Below, in pieces: positions 42,051 to 57,070 of a stretch of 64,000 bases of DNA. The stretch lies in the NCBI RefSeq assembly GCF_009914755.1, contig NC_060925.1, one strand, 5' to 3'. Below the pieces are notes generated by a model. The model worked only from the letters and a program-made list of their open reading frames with translations, was not told the origin of the DNA and ran no database searches. The position numbers and the translations under genes were made by a program. This stretch comes from the human T2T-CHM13v2.0 reference genome, Homo sapiens. Position 1 is the first letter of the stretch. Each line of letters begins with the position of its first letter.

Positions 42051-45000
42051 ATGGAATCGTCATCGAAGGAATTGAATGCAATCAACGAATGGTCTCGAAT
42101 GGAAACACCTCCAAATGGAATGTAATGGAATCATCGCATAGAATCGAATGGAATTATCATCGAATGGACTCGAATGGAATCAACATCAAACGGAATCAAA
42201 CGGAATTATCGAATGGAATCGAAGACAATCATCGAATGGACTCGAATGGAATCATCTAATGGAATGGAATGGAAGAATCCATGGACTCGAATGCAATCAT
42301 CATCGAATGGAAGTCAATGGAATCATCGAATGGACACGAATGGAATAATCATTGAACGGAATCGAATGGAATCATCATCGGATGGAAACGAATGGAATCA
42401 TCAAATGGAATCAGATGGAATCATCATCAAATGGAATCGAATAGAATTATGGAATGAAATCCATTGTGATCATCATCGAATGGACTCGAATGGAATCATC
42501 ATCCAATGGAAACTAATGGAATCAACATCGAATGGAATCGAATGGAAACTCCATCGAATTGAAACGAATGGAATTATCATGAAATTGAAATGGATGGACT
42601 GATCATCGAATGGATTCGAATGGAATCATCGAATGAAATTGATTGAAATCATCATCAAATGGAATCGAATGGAATCATTGAATGGAATCATCATCAGATG
42701 GAAATGAATGGAATCATCATAGAATGGAATCGAATGGATTCATTGAATGGAATCAGATGGAATCATCGAATGGACTTGAATGGAATCATTGAATGGACTC
42801 GAATGGAATCATTATTGAATGGAATTGAATGGAATCATCGAATGGTCTCGAATGGAATCATTATCAAATGGAATCGAATGGAATCACCGAATAGCATCGA
42901 ATGGAACAATCATCGAATGGACTCAAATGGAATTATCCTCAAATGGAATCGAATGGAATTATCGAATGCAATCGAATGGAATAATCGAATGCAATCGAAT
43001 AGAATCATCGAATGGACTTGAAAGGAATCATCGATTGAAATGGAATGGAATAGTCAATGAACTCGAATGGAAACATCTTTGAATGGAATCATCGAGTGGA
43101 ATCGAATGGAATCATGATGAAATGGAATCGAAAGTAATCATTATCAAATGGAATCAAAAATAACCATCATCAATTGGTATTGAATGGAATTGTCATCAAA
43201 CGGAATTCAAAGGAATCATCATCAAATGGAACCGAATGGAATCCTCATTGAATGGAAATGAAAGGAGTCATCATCTAATGGAATCGCATGGAATCTTCAT
43301 CAAATGGAATCGAATGGAATCATCATCAAATGGAATCTAATGGAATCATTGAACGGAATTGAATGGAATCGTCATCGAATGAATTGAATGCAATCATCGA
43401 ATCATCTCGAATGGAACCACCTCCAAATGGAATGGAATGGAATCATCACATAGAATCGAATGGAATTATCATCGAATGGACTCGAATGGAATCAACATCA
43501 AACAGAATCAAACGGAATTATCGAATGGAATCGAAGAGAATCATCGAATGGCCTGGAATGGAATCATCTAATGGAATGGAATGGAAGAATCCATGGTCTC
43601 GAATGCAATCATCATCGAATGGAATCGAATGGAATCATCTAATGGACACGAATGGAATAATCATTGAGCGGAATCGAATGGAATCATCATCGGATGGAAA
43701 CGAATGGAATCATCAAATGGAATCAGATGGAATCATCATCAAATGGAATCGAATAGAATGATGGAATGAAATCCAATGTGATCATCATTGAATGGACTCG
43801 AATGGAATCATCATCCAATGGAAACTAATGGAATCAACATCGAATGGAATCGAATGGAAACACCATCGAATTGAAACGAATGGAATTATCATGAAATTGA
43901 AATGGATGGACTCATCATCGAATGGATTCGAATGGAATCATCGAATGAAATTGATTGAAATCATCAAATGGAATCGAAAGGAATCATTGAATGGAATCGA
44001 ATGGAATCATCATCAGATGGAAATGAATGGAATCATCATAGAATGGAATTGCATGGATTCATTGAATGGAATCAGATGGAATCATCGAATGGGCTGGAAT
44101 GGATTCGTTGAATGGACACGAATGGAATCATTATTGAATGGAATTGAATAGAATCATCGAATGGTCTCGAATGGAATCATTATCAAATGAAGTCGAATGG
44201 AATCACCGAATAGAATCGAATGGAACAATCATCGAATGGACTCAAATGGAATTATCCTCAAATGGAATCAAATGGATTAATCGAATGCAATCCAATGGAA
44301 TTATCGAATGCAATCGAATAGAATCATCGAATGGACTCGAATGGAATCATCGAATGGAATGCAATGGATTAATCCATGGACTCGAATTCAATCACCATCG
44401 AATACAATCGAATGGAGTCATCGAATCGACTCAAATGGAATAATCATTGAATGGAATCGAATGGAATCATCGAGTGGAATCGAATGGAATCATGATCAAA
44501 TGGAATCGAATGTAATCATCATCAAATGGAATCAAAAATAACCATCATCAATTGGTATTGAATGGAATTGTCATCAAATGGAATTCAAAGGAATCATCAT
44601 CAAATGGAACCGAATGGAATCCTCATTGAATGGAAATGAAAGGAGTCATCATCTAATGGAATCACATGGAATCATCATCAAATGGAATCGAATGGAATCA
44701 TCATCAAATGGAATCTAATGGAATCATTGAACGGAATTGAATGGAATCGTCATCGAATGAATTCAATGCAATCAACGAATGGTCTCGAATGGAACCACCT
44801 CCAAATGGAATGGAATGGAATCATCGCATAGAATCGAATGGAATTATCATCGAATGGACTCGAATGCAATCAACATCAAACGGAATCAAACGGAATTATG
44901 GAATGGAATCGAAGAGAATCATCGAATGGACTCGAATGGAATCATCTAATGGAATGGAATGGAAGAATCCATGGTCTCGAATGCAATCATCATCGAATGG

Positions 45001-47444
45001 AATTGAATGGAATCATCGAATGGACTCGAATGGAATAATCATTGAACGGAATCGAATGGAATCATCATCGGATGGAAACGACTGGAATCATCAAATGGAA
45101 TCAGATGGAATCATCATCAAATGGAATCGAATAGAATTATGGAATGAAATCCATTGTGATCATCATCGAATGGACTCGAATGGAATCATCATCCAATGGA
45201 AACTAATGGAATCAACATCGAATGAAATCGAATGGAAACACCATCGAATTGAAACGAATGGAATTATCATGAAATTGAAATGGATGGACTCACCATCGAA
45301 TGGATTCGAATGGAATCATCGAATGAAATTGATTGAAATCATCATGAAATGGAATCGAATGGAATCATCATCAGATGGAAATGAATGGAATCATCATAGA
45401 ATGGAATCGAGTGGATTCATTGAATGGAATCAGATGGAATCATCGAATGGACTTGAATGGAATCATTGAATGGACTCGAATGGAATCATTATTGAATGGA
45501 ATTGAATGGAATCATCGAATGGTCTCGAATGGAATCATTATCAAATGGAATCGAATGGAATCACCGAATAGAATCGAATGGAACAATCATCGAATGGACT
45601 CAAATGGAATTATCCTCAAATGGAATCGAATGGAATTATCGAATGCAATCGAATGCAAAAATCGAATGCAATCGAATAGAATCATCGAATGGACTTGAAA
45701 GGAATCATCGATTGAAATGCAATGGAATAGTCAATGAACTCGAATGGAATCATCATTGAATGGAATCATCGAGTGGAATCGAATGGAATCATGTTCAAAT
45801 GGATTCGAAAGTAATCATCATCAAATGGAATCAAAAATAACCATCATCAATTGGTATTGAATGGAATTGTCACCAAACGGAATTCAAAGGAATCATCATC
45901 AAATGGAGCCGAATGTAATCCTCATTGAATGGAAATGAAAGGAGTCATCATCTAATGGAATCGCATGGAATCATCATCAAATGGAATCGAATGGAATCAT
46001 CGCCAATGGAATATAACGGAAGCATTGAACGGAATTGAATGGAATCGTCATCGAATGATTGAATGCAATCAACGAATGGTCTCGAATGGAACCACATCCA
46101 AATGGAATGGAATGGAATCATCGCATAGAATCGAATGGAATTATCATCGAATGGACTCGAATGGAATCAACATCAAACGGAATCAAACGGAATTATCAAA
46201 TGGAATCGAAGAGAATCATCGAACGGACTCGAATGGAATCATCTAATGGAATGGAATGGAAGAATCCATGGACTCGAATGCAATCATCATCGAATGGAAT
46301 CGAATGGAATCATCGAATGGACTCGAATAGAATAATCATTGAACGGAATCGAATGGAATCATCATCGGATGGAAACGAATGGAATCATCATCGAATGGAA
46401 TCGAATGGGATCATCAAATGGAATCAGATGGAATCATCATCAAATGGAATCGAATAGAATTATGGAATGAAATCCAATGTGATCATCATTGAATGGACTC
46501 CAATGGAATCATCATCCAATGGAAACTAATGGAATCAACATCGAATGGAATCGAATGGAAACACTATCGAATTGAAACGAATGGAATTATCATGAAATTG
46601 AAATGGATGGACTCATCATCGAATGGATTCGAATGGAATCATCGAATGAAATTGATTGAAATCATCATCAAATGGAATCGAAAGGAATCATTGAATGGAA
46701 TCGAATGGAATCATCATCAGATGGAAATGAATGGAATCATCATAGAATGGAATTGCATGGATTCATTGAATGGAATCAGATGGAATCATCGAATGGGCTT
46801 GAATGGAATCGTTGAATGGACACGACTGGAATCATTATTGAATGGAATTGAATAGAATCATCGAATGGTCTCGAATGGAATCATTATCAAATGAAGTCGA
46901 ATGGAATCACCGAATAGAATAGAATGGAACAATCATCGAATGGACTCAAATGGAATTATCCTCAAATGGAATCAAATGGATTTATCGAAAGCAATCGAAT
47001 GGAAATATCGAATGCAATTGAATAGAATCATCGAATGGACTCGAATGGAATCATCGAATGGAATGCAATGGATTAATCCATGGACTCGAATTCAATCACC
47101 ATCGAATACAACCGAATGGAGTCATTGAATCGACTCAAATGGAATAATCATTGAATGGAATCGAATGGAATCATCGAGTGGAATCGAATGGAATCATGAT
47201 CAAATGGAATCGAATGTAATCATCATCAAATGGAATCAAAAATAAACATCATCAATTGGTATTGAATGGAATTGTCATCAAATGGAATTCAAAGGAATCA
47301 TCATCAAATGGAACCGAATGGAATCCTCATTGAATGGAAATGAAAGGAGTCATCATCTAATGGAATCACATGGAATCATCATCAAATGGAATCGAATGGA
47401 ATCATCATCAAATGGAATCTAATGGAATCATTGAACGGAATTCA

Positions 47445-48312
47445 ATGGAATCGTCATCGAATGAATTGAATGCAATCAACGAATGGTCTCGAATGGAACC
47501 AACTCCAAATGGAATGGATTCGAATGGAATCATCCAATGAAATTGATTGAAATCATCATCAAATGGAATCGAAAGGAATCATTGAATGGAATCGAATGGA
47601 ATCATCATCAGATGGAAATGAATGGAATCATCATAGAATGGAATCGCATGGATTCATTGAATGGAATCAGATGGAATCGTTGAAAGGACTCGAATGGAAT
47701 CATTATTGAATGGAATTGAATAGAATCATTGAATGGTCTCGAATGGAATCATTATCAAATGAAGTCGAATGGAATCACCGAATAGAATCGAATGGAACAA
47801 TCATCGAATGGACTCAAATGGAATTATCTTCAAATGGAATCAAATGGATTTATCGAATGCAATCGAATTTAATTATCGAATGCAATCGAATAGAATCATC
47901 GAATGGACTCGAATGGAATCATCGAATGGAATGCAATGGATTAATCCATGGACTCGAATTCAATCACCATCGAATACAATCGAATGGAGTCATTGAATCG
48001 ACTCAAATGGAATAATCATTGAATGGAATCGAATGGAATCATCGAGTGGAATCGAATGGAATCATGATCAAATGGAATCGAATGTAATCATCATCAAATG
48101 GAATCAAAAATAAACATCATCAATTGGTATTGAATGGAATTGTCATCAAATGGAATTCAAAGGAATCATCATCAAATGGAACCGAATGGAATCCTCATTG
48201 AATGGAAATGAAAGGAGTCATCATCTAATGGAATCGCATGGAATCATCACCAAATGGAATCGAATGGAATCATCATCAAATGGAATCTAATGGAATCATT
48301 GAACGGAATAGA
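47445..48312 (+). repeat. Truncated A monomer (868 bp = 1407-516-23)
   Basis: AACTCCAAATGGAATGGATT is joined directly to CGAATGGAATCATCCAATGAAATTGATTG at 47512-47520; a second 23-bp loss lies near 47670. Confidence 0.88.
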
Positions 48313-51300
48313 ATGGAATCGTCATCGAATGAATTGAATGCAATCAATGAATGGTCTCGAATGGAACCACATCCAAATGGAATGGAATGGAATCATCGCA
48401 TAGAATCGAATGGAATTATCATCGAATGGAATCGAATGGAATCAACATCAAACGGAATCAAACGGAATTATCGAATGGAATCGAAGAGAATCATCGAATG
48501 GACACGAATGGAATCATCTAATGGAATGGAATGGAAGAATCCATGGACTCGAATGCAATCATCATCGAATGGAATCGAATGGAATCATCGAATGGACTCG
48601 AATGGAATAATCATTGAACGGAATCAAATGGAATCATCACCGGATGGAAACGAATGGAATCATCAAATGGAATCAGATGGAATCATCATCAAATGGAATC
48701 GAATAGAATTATGGAATGAAATCCATTGTGATCATCATCGAATGGACTCGAATGGAATCATCATCCAATGGAAACTAATGGAATCAACATCGAATGGAAT
48801 CGAATGGAAACTCCATCGAATTGAAACGAATGGAATTATCATGAAATTGAAATGGATGGACTCATCATCGAATGGATTCGAATGGAATCATCGAATGAAA
48901 TTGATTGAAATCATCATCAAATGGAGTCGAATGGAATCATTGAATGGAATCATCATCAGATGGAAATGAATGGAATCATCATAGAATGGAATCGAATGGA
49001 TTCATTGAATGGAATCAGATGGAATCATCGAATGGACTTGAATGGAATCATTGAATGGACTCGAATGGAATCATTATTGAATGGAATTGAATGGAATCAT
49101 CGAATGGTCTCGAATGGAATCATTATCAAATGGAATCGAATGGAATCACCGAATAGAATCGAATGGAACAATCATCGAATGGACTCAAATGGAATTATCC
49201 TCAAATGGAATCGAATGGAATTATCGAATGCAATCGAATGGAATAATCGAATGCAATCGAATAGAATCATCGAATGGACTTGAAAGGAATCATCGATTGA
49301 AATGGAATGGAATAGTCAATGAACTCGAATGGAATCATCATTGAATGGAATCATCGAGTGGAATCGAATGGAATCACGATCAAATGGAATCGAAAGTAAT
49401 CATCATCAAATGGAATCAAAAATAACCATTGTCAATTGGTATTGAATGGAATTGTCATCAAAAGGAATTCAAAGGAATCATCATCAAATGGAACCGAATG
49501 GAATCCTCATTGAATGGAAATGAAAGGAGTCATCATCTAATGGAATCGCATGGAATCATCATCAAATGGAATCGAATGGAATCATCATCAAATGGAATCT
49601 AATGGAATCATTGAACGGAATTGAATGGAATCGTCATCGAATGAATTGAATGCAATCAACGAATGGTCTCGAATGGAACCAACTCCAAATGGAATGGATT
49701 GGAATCATCGCATAGAATCGAATGGAATTATCATCGAATGGACCCGAATGGAATCAACATCAAACGGAATCAAACGGAATTATCGAATGGAATCGAAGAG
49801 AATCATCGAACGGACTCGAATGGAATCATCTAATGGAATGGAATGGAAGAATCCATGGACTCGAATGCAATCATCATCGAATGGAATCGAATGGAATCAT
49901 CGAATGGACTCGAATGGAATAATCATTGAACGGAATCGAACGGAATCATCATCGGATGGAAACGAATGGAATCATCATCTAATGGAATCGAATGGGATCA
50001 TCAAATGGAATCAGATGGAATCATCATCAAATGGAAACGAATAGAATTATGGAATGAAATCCAATGTGATCATCATTGAATGGACTCGAATGGAATCATC
50101 ATCCAATGGAAACTAATGGAATCAACATCGAATGGAATCGAATGGAAACACCATCGAATTGCAACGAATCGAATTATCATGAAATTGAAATGGATGGACT
50201 CATCATCGAATGGATTCGAATGGAATCATCGAATGAAATTGATTGAAATCATCATCAAATGGAATCGAAAGGAATCATTGAATGGAATCGAATGGAATCA
50301 TCATCAGATGGAAATGAATGGAATCATCATAGAATGGAATCGCATGGATTCATTGAATGGAATCAGAAGGAATCATCGAATGGACTTGAATGGAATCGTT
50401 GAATGGACTCGAATGGAATCATTATTGAATGGAATTGAATAGAATCATCGAATGGTCTCGAATGGAATCATTATCAAATGAAGTCGAATGGAATCACCGA
50501 ATAGAATCGAATGGAACAATCATCTAATGGACTCAAATGGAATTATCCTCAAATGGAATCAAATGGATTTATCGAATGCAATCGAATGGAATTATCGAAT
50601 GCAATCGAATAGAATCATCGAATGGACTCGAATGGAATCATCGAATGGAATGCAATGGATTAATCCATGGACTCGAATTCAATCACCATCGAATACAATC
50701 GAATGGAGTCATCGAATCGATTCAAATGGAATAATCATTGAATGGAAACGAATGGAATCATCGAGTGGAATCGAATCGAATCATGATCAAATGGAATCGA
50801 ATGTAATCATCATCAAATGGAATCAAAAATAAACATCATCAATTGGTATTGAATGGAATTGTAATCAAATGGAATTCAAAGGAATCATCATCAAATGGAA
50901 CCGAATGGATTCCTCACTGAATGGAAATGAAAGGAGTCATCATCTAATGGAATCGCATGGAATCATCATCAAATGGAATCGAATGGAATCATCATCAAAT
51001 GGAATATAATGGAATCATTGAACGGAATTGAATGGAATCGTCATCGAATGAATTGAATGCAATCATCGAATGATCTCGAATGGAACCACCTCCAAATGGA
51101 ATGGAATGGAATCATCACATAGAATCGAATGGAATTATCATCGAATGGACTCGAATGGAATCAACATCAAACACAATCAAACGGAATTATCGAATGGAAT
51201 CGAAGAGAATCATCGAATGGACTGGAATGGAATCATCTAATGGAATGGAATGGAAGAATCCATGGTCTCGAATGCAATCATCATCGAATGGAATCGAATG

Positions 51301-54300
51301 GAATCATCGAATGGACACGAATGGAATAATCATTGAACGGAATCGAATGGAATCATCATCGGATGGAAACGAATGGAATCCTCAAATGGAATCAGATGGA
51401 ATCATCATTAAATGGAATCGAATAGAATGATGGAATGAAATCCATTGTGATCATCATCGAATGGACTCGAATGGAATCATCATCAAATGGAAACTAATGG
51501 AATCAACTTCGAATGGAATCGAATGGAAACTCCATCGAATTGAAACGAATGGAATTATCATGAAATTGAAATGGATGGACTCATCATCGAATGGATTCGA
51601 ATGGAATCATCGAATGAAATTGATTGAAATCATCATCAAATGGAATCGAATGGAATCATCATCAGATGGAAATGAATGGAATCATCATAGAATGGAATCG
51701 AATGGATACATTGAATGGAATCAGATGGAATCATCGAATGGACTTGAATGGAATCGTTGAATGGACTCGAATGGAATCATTATTGAATGGAATTGAATGG
51801 AATCTTCGAATGGTCTCGAATGGAATCATTATCAAATGGAATCCAATGGAATCACCGAATAGAATCGAATGGAACAATCATCGAATGGACTCAAATGGAA
51901 TTATCCTCAAATGGAATCGAATGGAATTATCGAATGCAATCGAATGGAATAATCGAATGCAATCGAATAGAATCATCGAATGGACTTGAAAGGAATCATC
52001 GATTGAAATGGAATGGAATAGTCAATGAACTCGAATGGAATCATCATTGAATGGAATCATCGAGTGGAATCGAATGGAATCACGATCAAATGGAATCGAA
52101 AGTAATCATCATCAAATGGAATCAAAAATAACCATTGTCAATTGGTATTGAATGGAATTGTCATCAAAAGGAATTCAAAGGAATCATCATCAAATGGAAC
52201 CGAATGGAATCCTCATTGAATGGAAATGAAAGGAGTCATCATCTAATGGAATCGCATGGAATCATCATCAAATGGAATCGAATGGAATCATCATCAAATG
52301 GAATCTAATGGAATCATTGAACGGAATTGAATGGAATCGTCATCGAATGAATTGAATGCAATCAACGAATGGTCTCGAATGGAACCAACTCCAAATGGAA
52401 TGGATTGGAATCATCGCATAGAATCGAATGGAATTATCATCGAATGGACCCGAATGGAATCAACATCAAACGGAATCAAACGGAATTATCGAATGGAATC
52501 GAAGAGAATCATCGAACGGACTCGAATGGAATCATCTAATGGAATGGAATGGAAGAATCCATGGACTCGAATGCAATCATCATCGAATGGAATCGAATGG
52601 AATCATCGAATGGACTCGAATGGAATAATCATTGAACGGAATCGAACGGAATCATCATCGGATGGAAACGAATGGAATCATCATCTAATGGAATCGAATG
52701 GGATCATCAAATGGAATCAGATGGAATCATCATCAAATGGAATCGAATAGAATTATGGAATGAAATCCAATGTGATCATCATTGAATGGACTCGAATGGA
52801 ATCATCATCCAATGGAAACTAATGGAATCAACATCGAATGGAATCGAATGGAAACACCATCGAATTGAAACGAATGGAATTATCATGAAATTGAAATGGA
52901 TGGACTCATCATCGAATGGATTCGAATGGAATCATCGAATGAAATTGATTGAAATCATCATCAAATGGAATCGAAAGGAATCATTGAATGGAATCGAATG
53001 GAATCATCATCAGATGGAAATGAATGGAATCATCATAGAATGGAATCGCATGGATTCATTGAATGGAATCAGATGGAATCATCGAATGGACTTGAATGGA
53101 ATCGTTGAATGGACTCGAATGGAATCATTATTGAATGGAATTGAATAGAATCATTGAATGGTCTCGAATGGAATCATTATCAAATGAAGTCGAATGGAAT
53201 CACCGAATAGAATCGAATGGAACAATCATCGAATGGACTCAAATGGAATTATCTTCAAATGGAATCAAATGGATTTATCGAATGCAATCGAATTTAATTA
53301 TCGAATGCAATCGAATAGAATCATCGAATGGACTCGAATGGAATCATCGAATGGAATGCAATGGATTAATCCATGGACTCGAATTCAATCACCATCGAAT
53401 ACAATCGAATGGAGTCATTGAATCGACTCAAATGGAATAATCATTGAATGGAATCGAATGGAATCATCGAGTGGAATCGAATGGAATCATGATCAAATGG
53501 AATCGAATGTAATCATCATCAAATGGAATCAAAAATAAACATCATCAATTGGTATTGAATGGAATTGTCATCAAATGGAATTCAAAGGAATCATCATCAA
53601 ATGGAACCGAATGGAATCCTCATTGAATGGAAATGAAAGGAGTCATCATCTAATGGAATCGCATGGAATCATCACCAAATGGAATCGAATGGAATCATCA
53701 TCAAATGGAATCTATTGGAATCATTTAACGGAATAGAATGGAATCGTCATCGAATGAATTGAATGCAATCAATGAATGGTCTCGAATGGAACCACATCCA
53801 AATGGAATGGAATGGAATCATCACATAGAATCGAATGGAATTATCATCGAATGGACTCGAATGGAATCAACATCAAACGGAATCAAACGGAATTATCGAA
53901 TGGAATCGAAGAGAATCATCGAATGGACACGAATGGAATCATCTAATGGAATGGAATGGAAGAATCCATGGACTCGAATGCAATCATCATCGAATGGAAT
54001 CGAATGGAATCATCGAATGGACTCGAATGGAATAATCATTGAACGGAATCAAATGGAATCATCATCGGATGGAAACGAATGGAATCATCAAATGGAATCA
54101 GATGGAATCATCATCAAATGGAATCGAATAGAATTATGGAGTGAAATCTATTGTGATCATCATCGAATGGACTCGAATGGAATCATCATCAAATGGAAAC
54201 TAATGGAATCAACATCGAATGGAATCGAATGGAAACTCCATCGAATTGAAACGAATGGAATTATCATGAAATTGAAATGGATGGACTCATCATCGAATGG

Positions 54301-57070
54301 ATTCGAATGGAATCATCGAATGAAATTGATTGAAATCATCATCAAATGGAGTCGAATGGAATCATTGAATGGAATCATCATCAGATGGAAATGAATGGAA
54401 TCATCATAGAATGGAATCGAATGGATTCATTGAATGGAATCAGATGGAATCATCGAATGGACTTGAATGGAATCATTGAATGGACTCGAATGGAATCATT
54501 ATTGAATGGAATTGAATGGAATCATCGAATGGTCTCGAATGGAATCATTATCAAATGGAATCGAATGGAATCACCGAATAGAATCGAATGGAACAATGAT
54601 CGAATGGACTCAAATGGAATGATCCTCAAATGGAATCGAATGGAATTATCGAATGCAATCGAATGGAATAATCGAATGCAATCGAATAGAATCATCGAAT
54701 GGACTTGAAAGGAATCATCGATTGAAATGGAATGGAATAGTCAATGAACTCGAATGGAATCATCATTGAATGGAATCATCGAGTGGAATCGAATGGAATC
54801 ACGATCAAATGGAATCGAAAGTAATCATCATCAAATGGAATCAAAAATAACCATTGTCAATTGGTATTGAATGGAATTGTCATCAAAAGGAATTCAAAGG
54901 AATCATCATCAAATGGAACCGAATGGAATCCTCATTGAATGGAAATGAAAGGAGTCATCATCTAATGGAATCGCATGGAATCATCATCAAATGGAATCGA
55001 ATGGAATAATCATCAAATGGAATCTAATGGAAACATTGAACGGAATTGAATGGAATCGTCATCGAATGAATTGAATGCAATCAACGAATGGTCTCGAATG
55101 GAACCAACTCCAAATGGAATGGATTGGAATCATCGCATAGAATCGAATGGAATTATCATCGAATGGACCCGAATGGAATCAACATCAAACGGAATCAAAC
55201 GGAATTATCGAATGGAATCGAAGAGAATCATCGAACGGACTCGAATGGAATCATCTAATGGAATGGAATGGAAGAATCCATGGACTCGAATGCAATCATC
55301 ATCGAATGGAATCGAATGGAATCATCGAATGGACTCGAATGGAATAATCATTGAACGGAATCGAACGGAATCATCATCGGATGGAAACGAATGGAATCAT
55401 CATCTAATGGAATCGAATGGGATCATCAAATGGAATCAGATGGAATCATCATCAAATGGAATCGAATAGAATTATGGAATGAAATCCAATGTGATCATCA
55501 TTGAATGGACTCGAATGGAATCATCATCCAATGGAAACTAATGGAATCAACATCGAATGGAATCGAATGGAAACACCTTCGAATTGAAACGAATGGAATT
55601 ATCATGAAATTGAAATGGATGGACTCATCATCGAATGGATTCGAATGGAATCATCGAATGAAATTGATTGAAATCATCATCAAATGGAATCGAAAGGAAT
55701 CATTGAATGGAATCGAATGGAATCATCATCAGATGGAAATGAATGGAATCATCATAGAATGGAATCGCATGGATTCATTGAATGGAATCAGATGGAATCA
55801 TCGAATGGACTTGAATGGAATCGTTGAATGGACTCGAATGGAATCATTATTGAATGGAATTGAATAGAATCATCGAATGGTCTCGAATGGAATCATTATC
55901 AAATGAAGTCGAATGGAATCACCGAATAGAATCGAATGGAACAATCATCTAATGGACTCAAATGGAATTATCCTCAAATGGAATCAAATGGATTTATCGA
56001 ATGCAATCGAATGGAATTATCGAATGCAATCGAATAGAATCATCGAATGGACTCGAATGGAATCATCGAATGGAATGCAATGGATTAATCCATGGACTCG
56101 AATTCAATCACCATCGAATACAATCGAATGGAGTCATCGAATCGACTCAAATGGAATAATCATTGAATGGAAACGAATGGAATCATCGAGTGGAATCGAA
56201 TCGAATCATGATCAAATGGAATCGAATGTAATCATCATCAAATGGAATCAAAAATAAACATCATCAATTGGTATTGAATGGAATTGTAATCAAATGGAAT
56301 TCAAAGGAATCATCATCAAATGGAACCGAATGGAATCCTCACTGAATGGAAATGAAAGGAGTCATCATCTAATGGAATCGCAAGGAATCATCATCAAATG
56401 GAATCGAATGGAATCATCATCAAATGGAATATAATGGAATCATTGAACGGAATTGAATGGAATCGTCATCGAATGAATTGAATGCAATCATCGAATGGTC
56501 TCGAATGGAACCACCTCCAAATGGAATGGAATGGAATCATCACATAGAATCGAATGGAATTATCATCGAATGGACTCGAATGGAATCAACATCAAACAGA
56601 ATCAAACGGAATTATCGAATGGAATCGAAGAGAATCATCGAATGGACTGGAATGGAATCATCTAATGGAATGGAATGGAAGAATCCATGGTCTCGAATGC
56701 AATCATCATCGAATGGAATCGAATGGAATCATCGAATGGACACGAATGGAATAATCATTGAACGGAATCGAATGGAATCATCATCGGATGGAAACGAATG
56801 GAATCCTCAAATGGAATCAGATGGAATCATCATTAAATGGAATCGAATAGAATGATGGAATGAAATCCATTGTGATCATCATCGAATGGACTCGAATGGA
56901 ATCATCATCAAATGGAAACTAATGGAATCAACTTCGAATGGAATCGAATGGAAACTCCATCGAATTGAAACGAATGGAATTATCATGAAATTGAAATGGA
57001 TGGACTCATCATCGAATGGATTCGAATGGAATCATCGAATGAAATTGATTGAAATCATCATCAAATGGAA
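47710..57070 (+). repeat. B-A-B-A higher-order repeat, period 5425 bp (about 1.7 copies), with an underlying ~2.7-kb dimer
   Basis: Anchors 48313/53738, 49625/55050 and 51032/56457 are each 5425 apart and share private variants (GGAATAGAATGG, CAATCAATGA, GAATCGAATCGAATCATG, AATCCTCAAATGG, CAACTTCG). Boundaries approximate. Confidence 0.85.
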
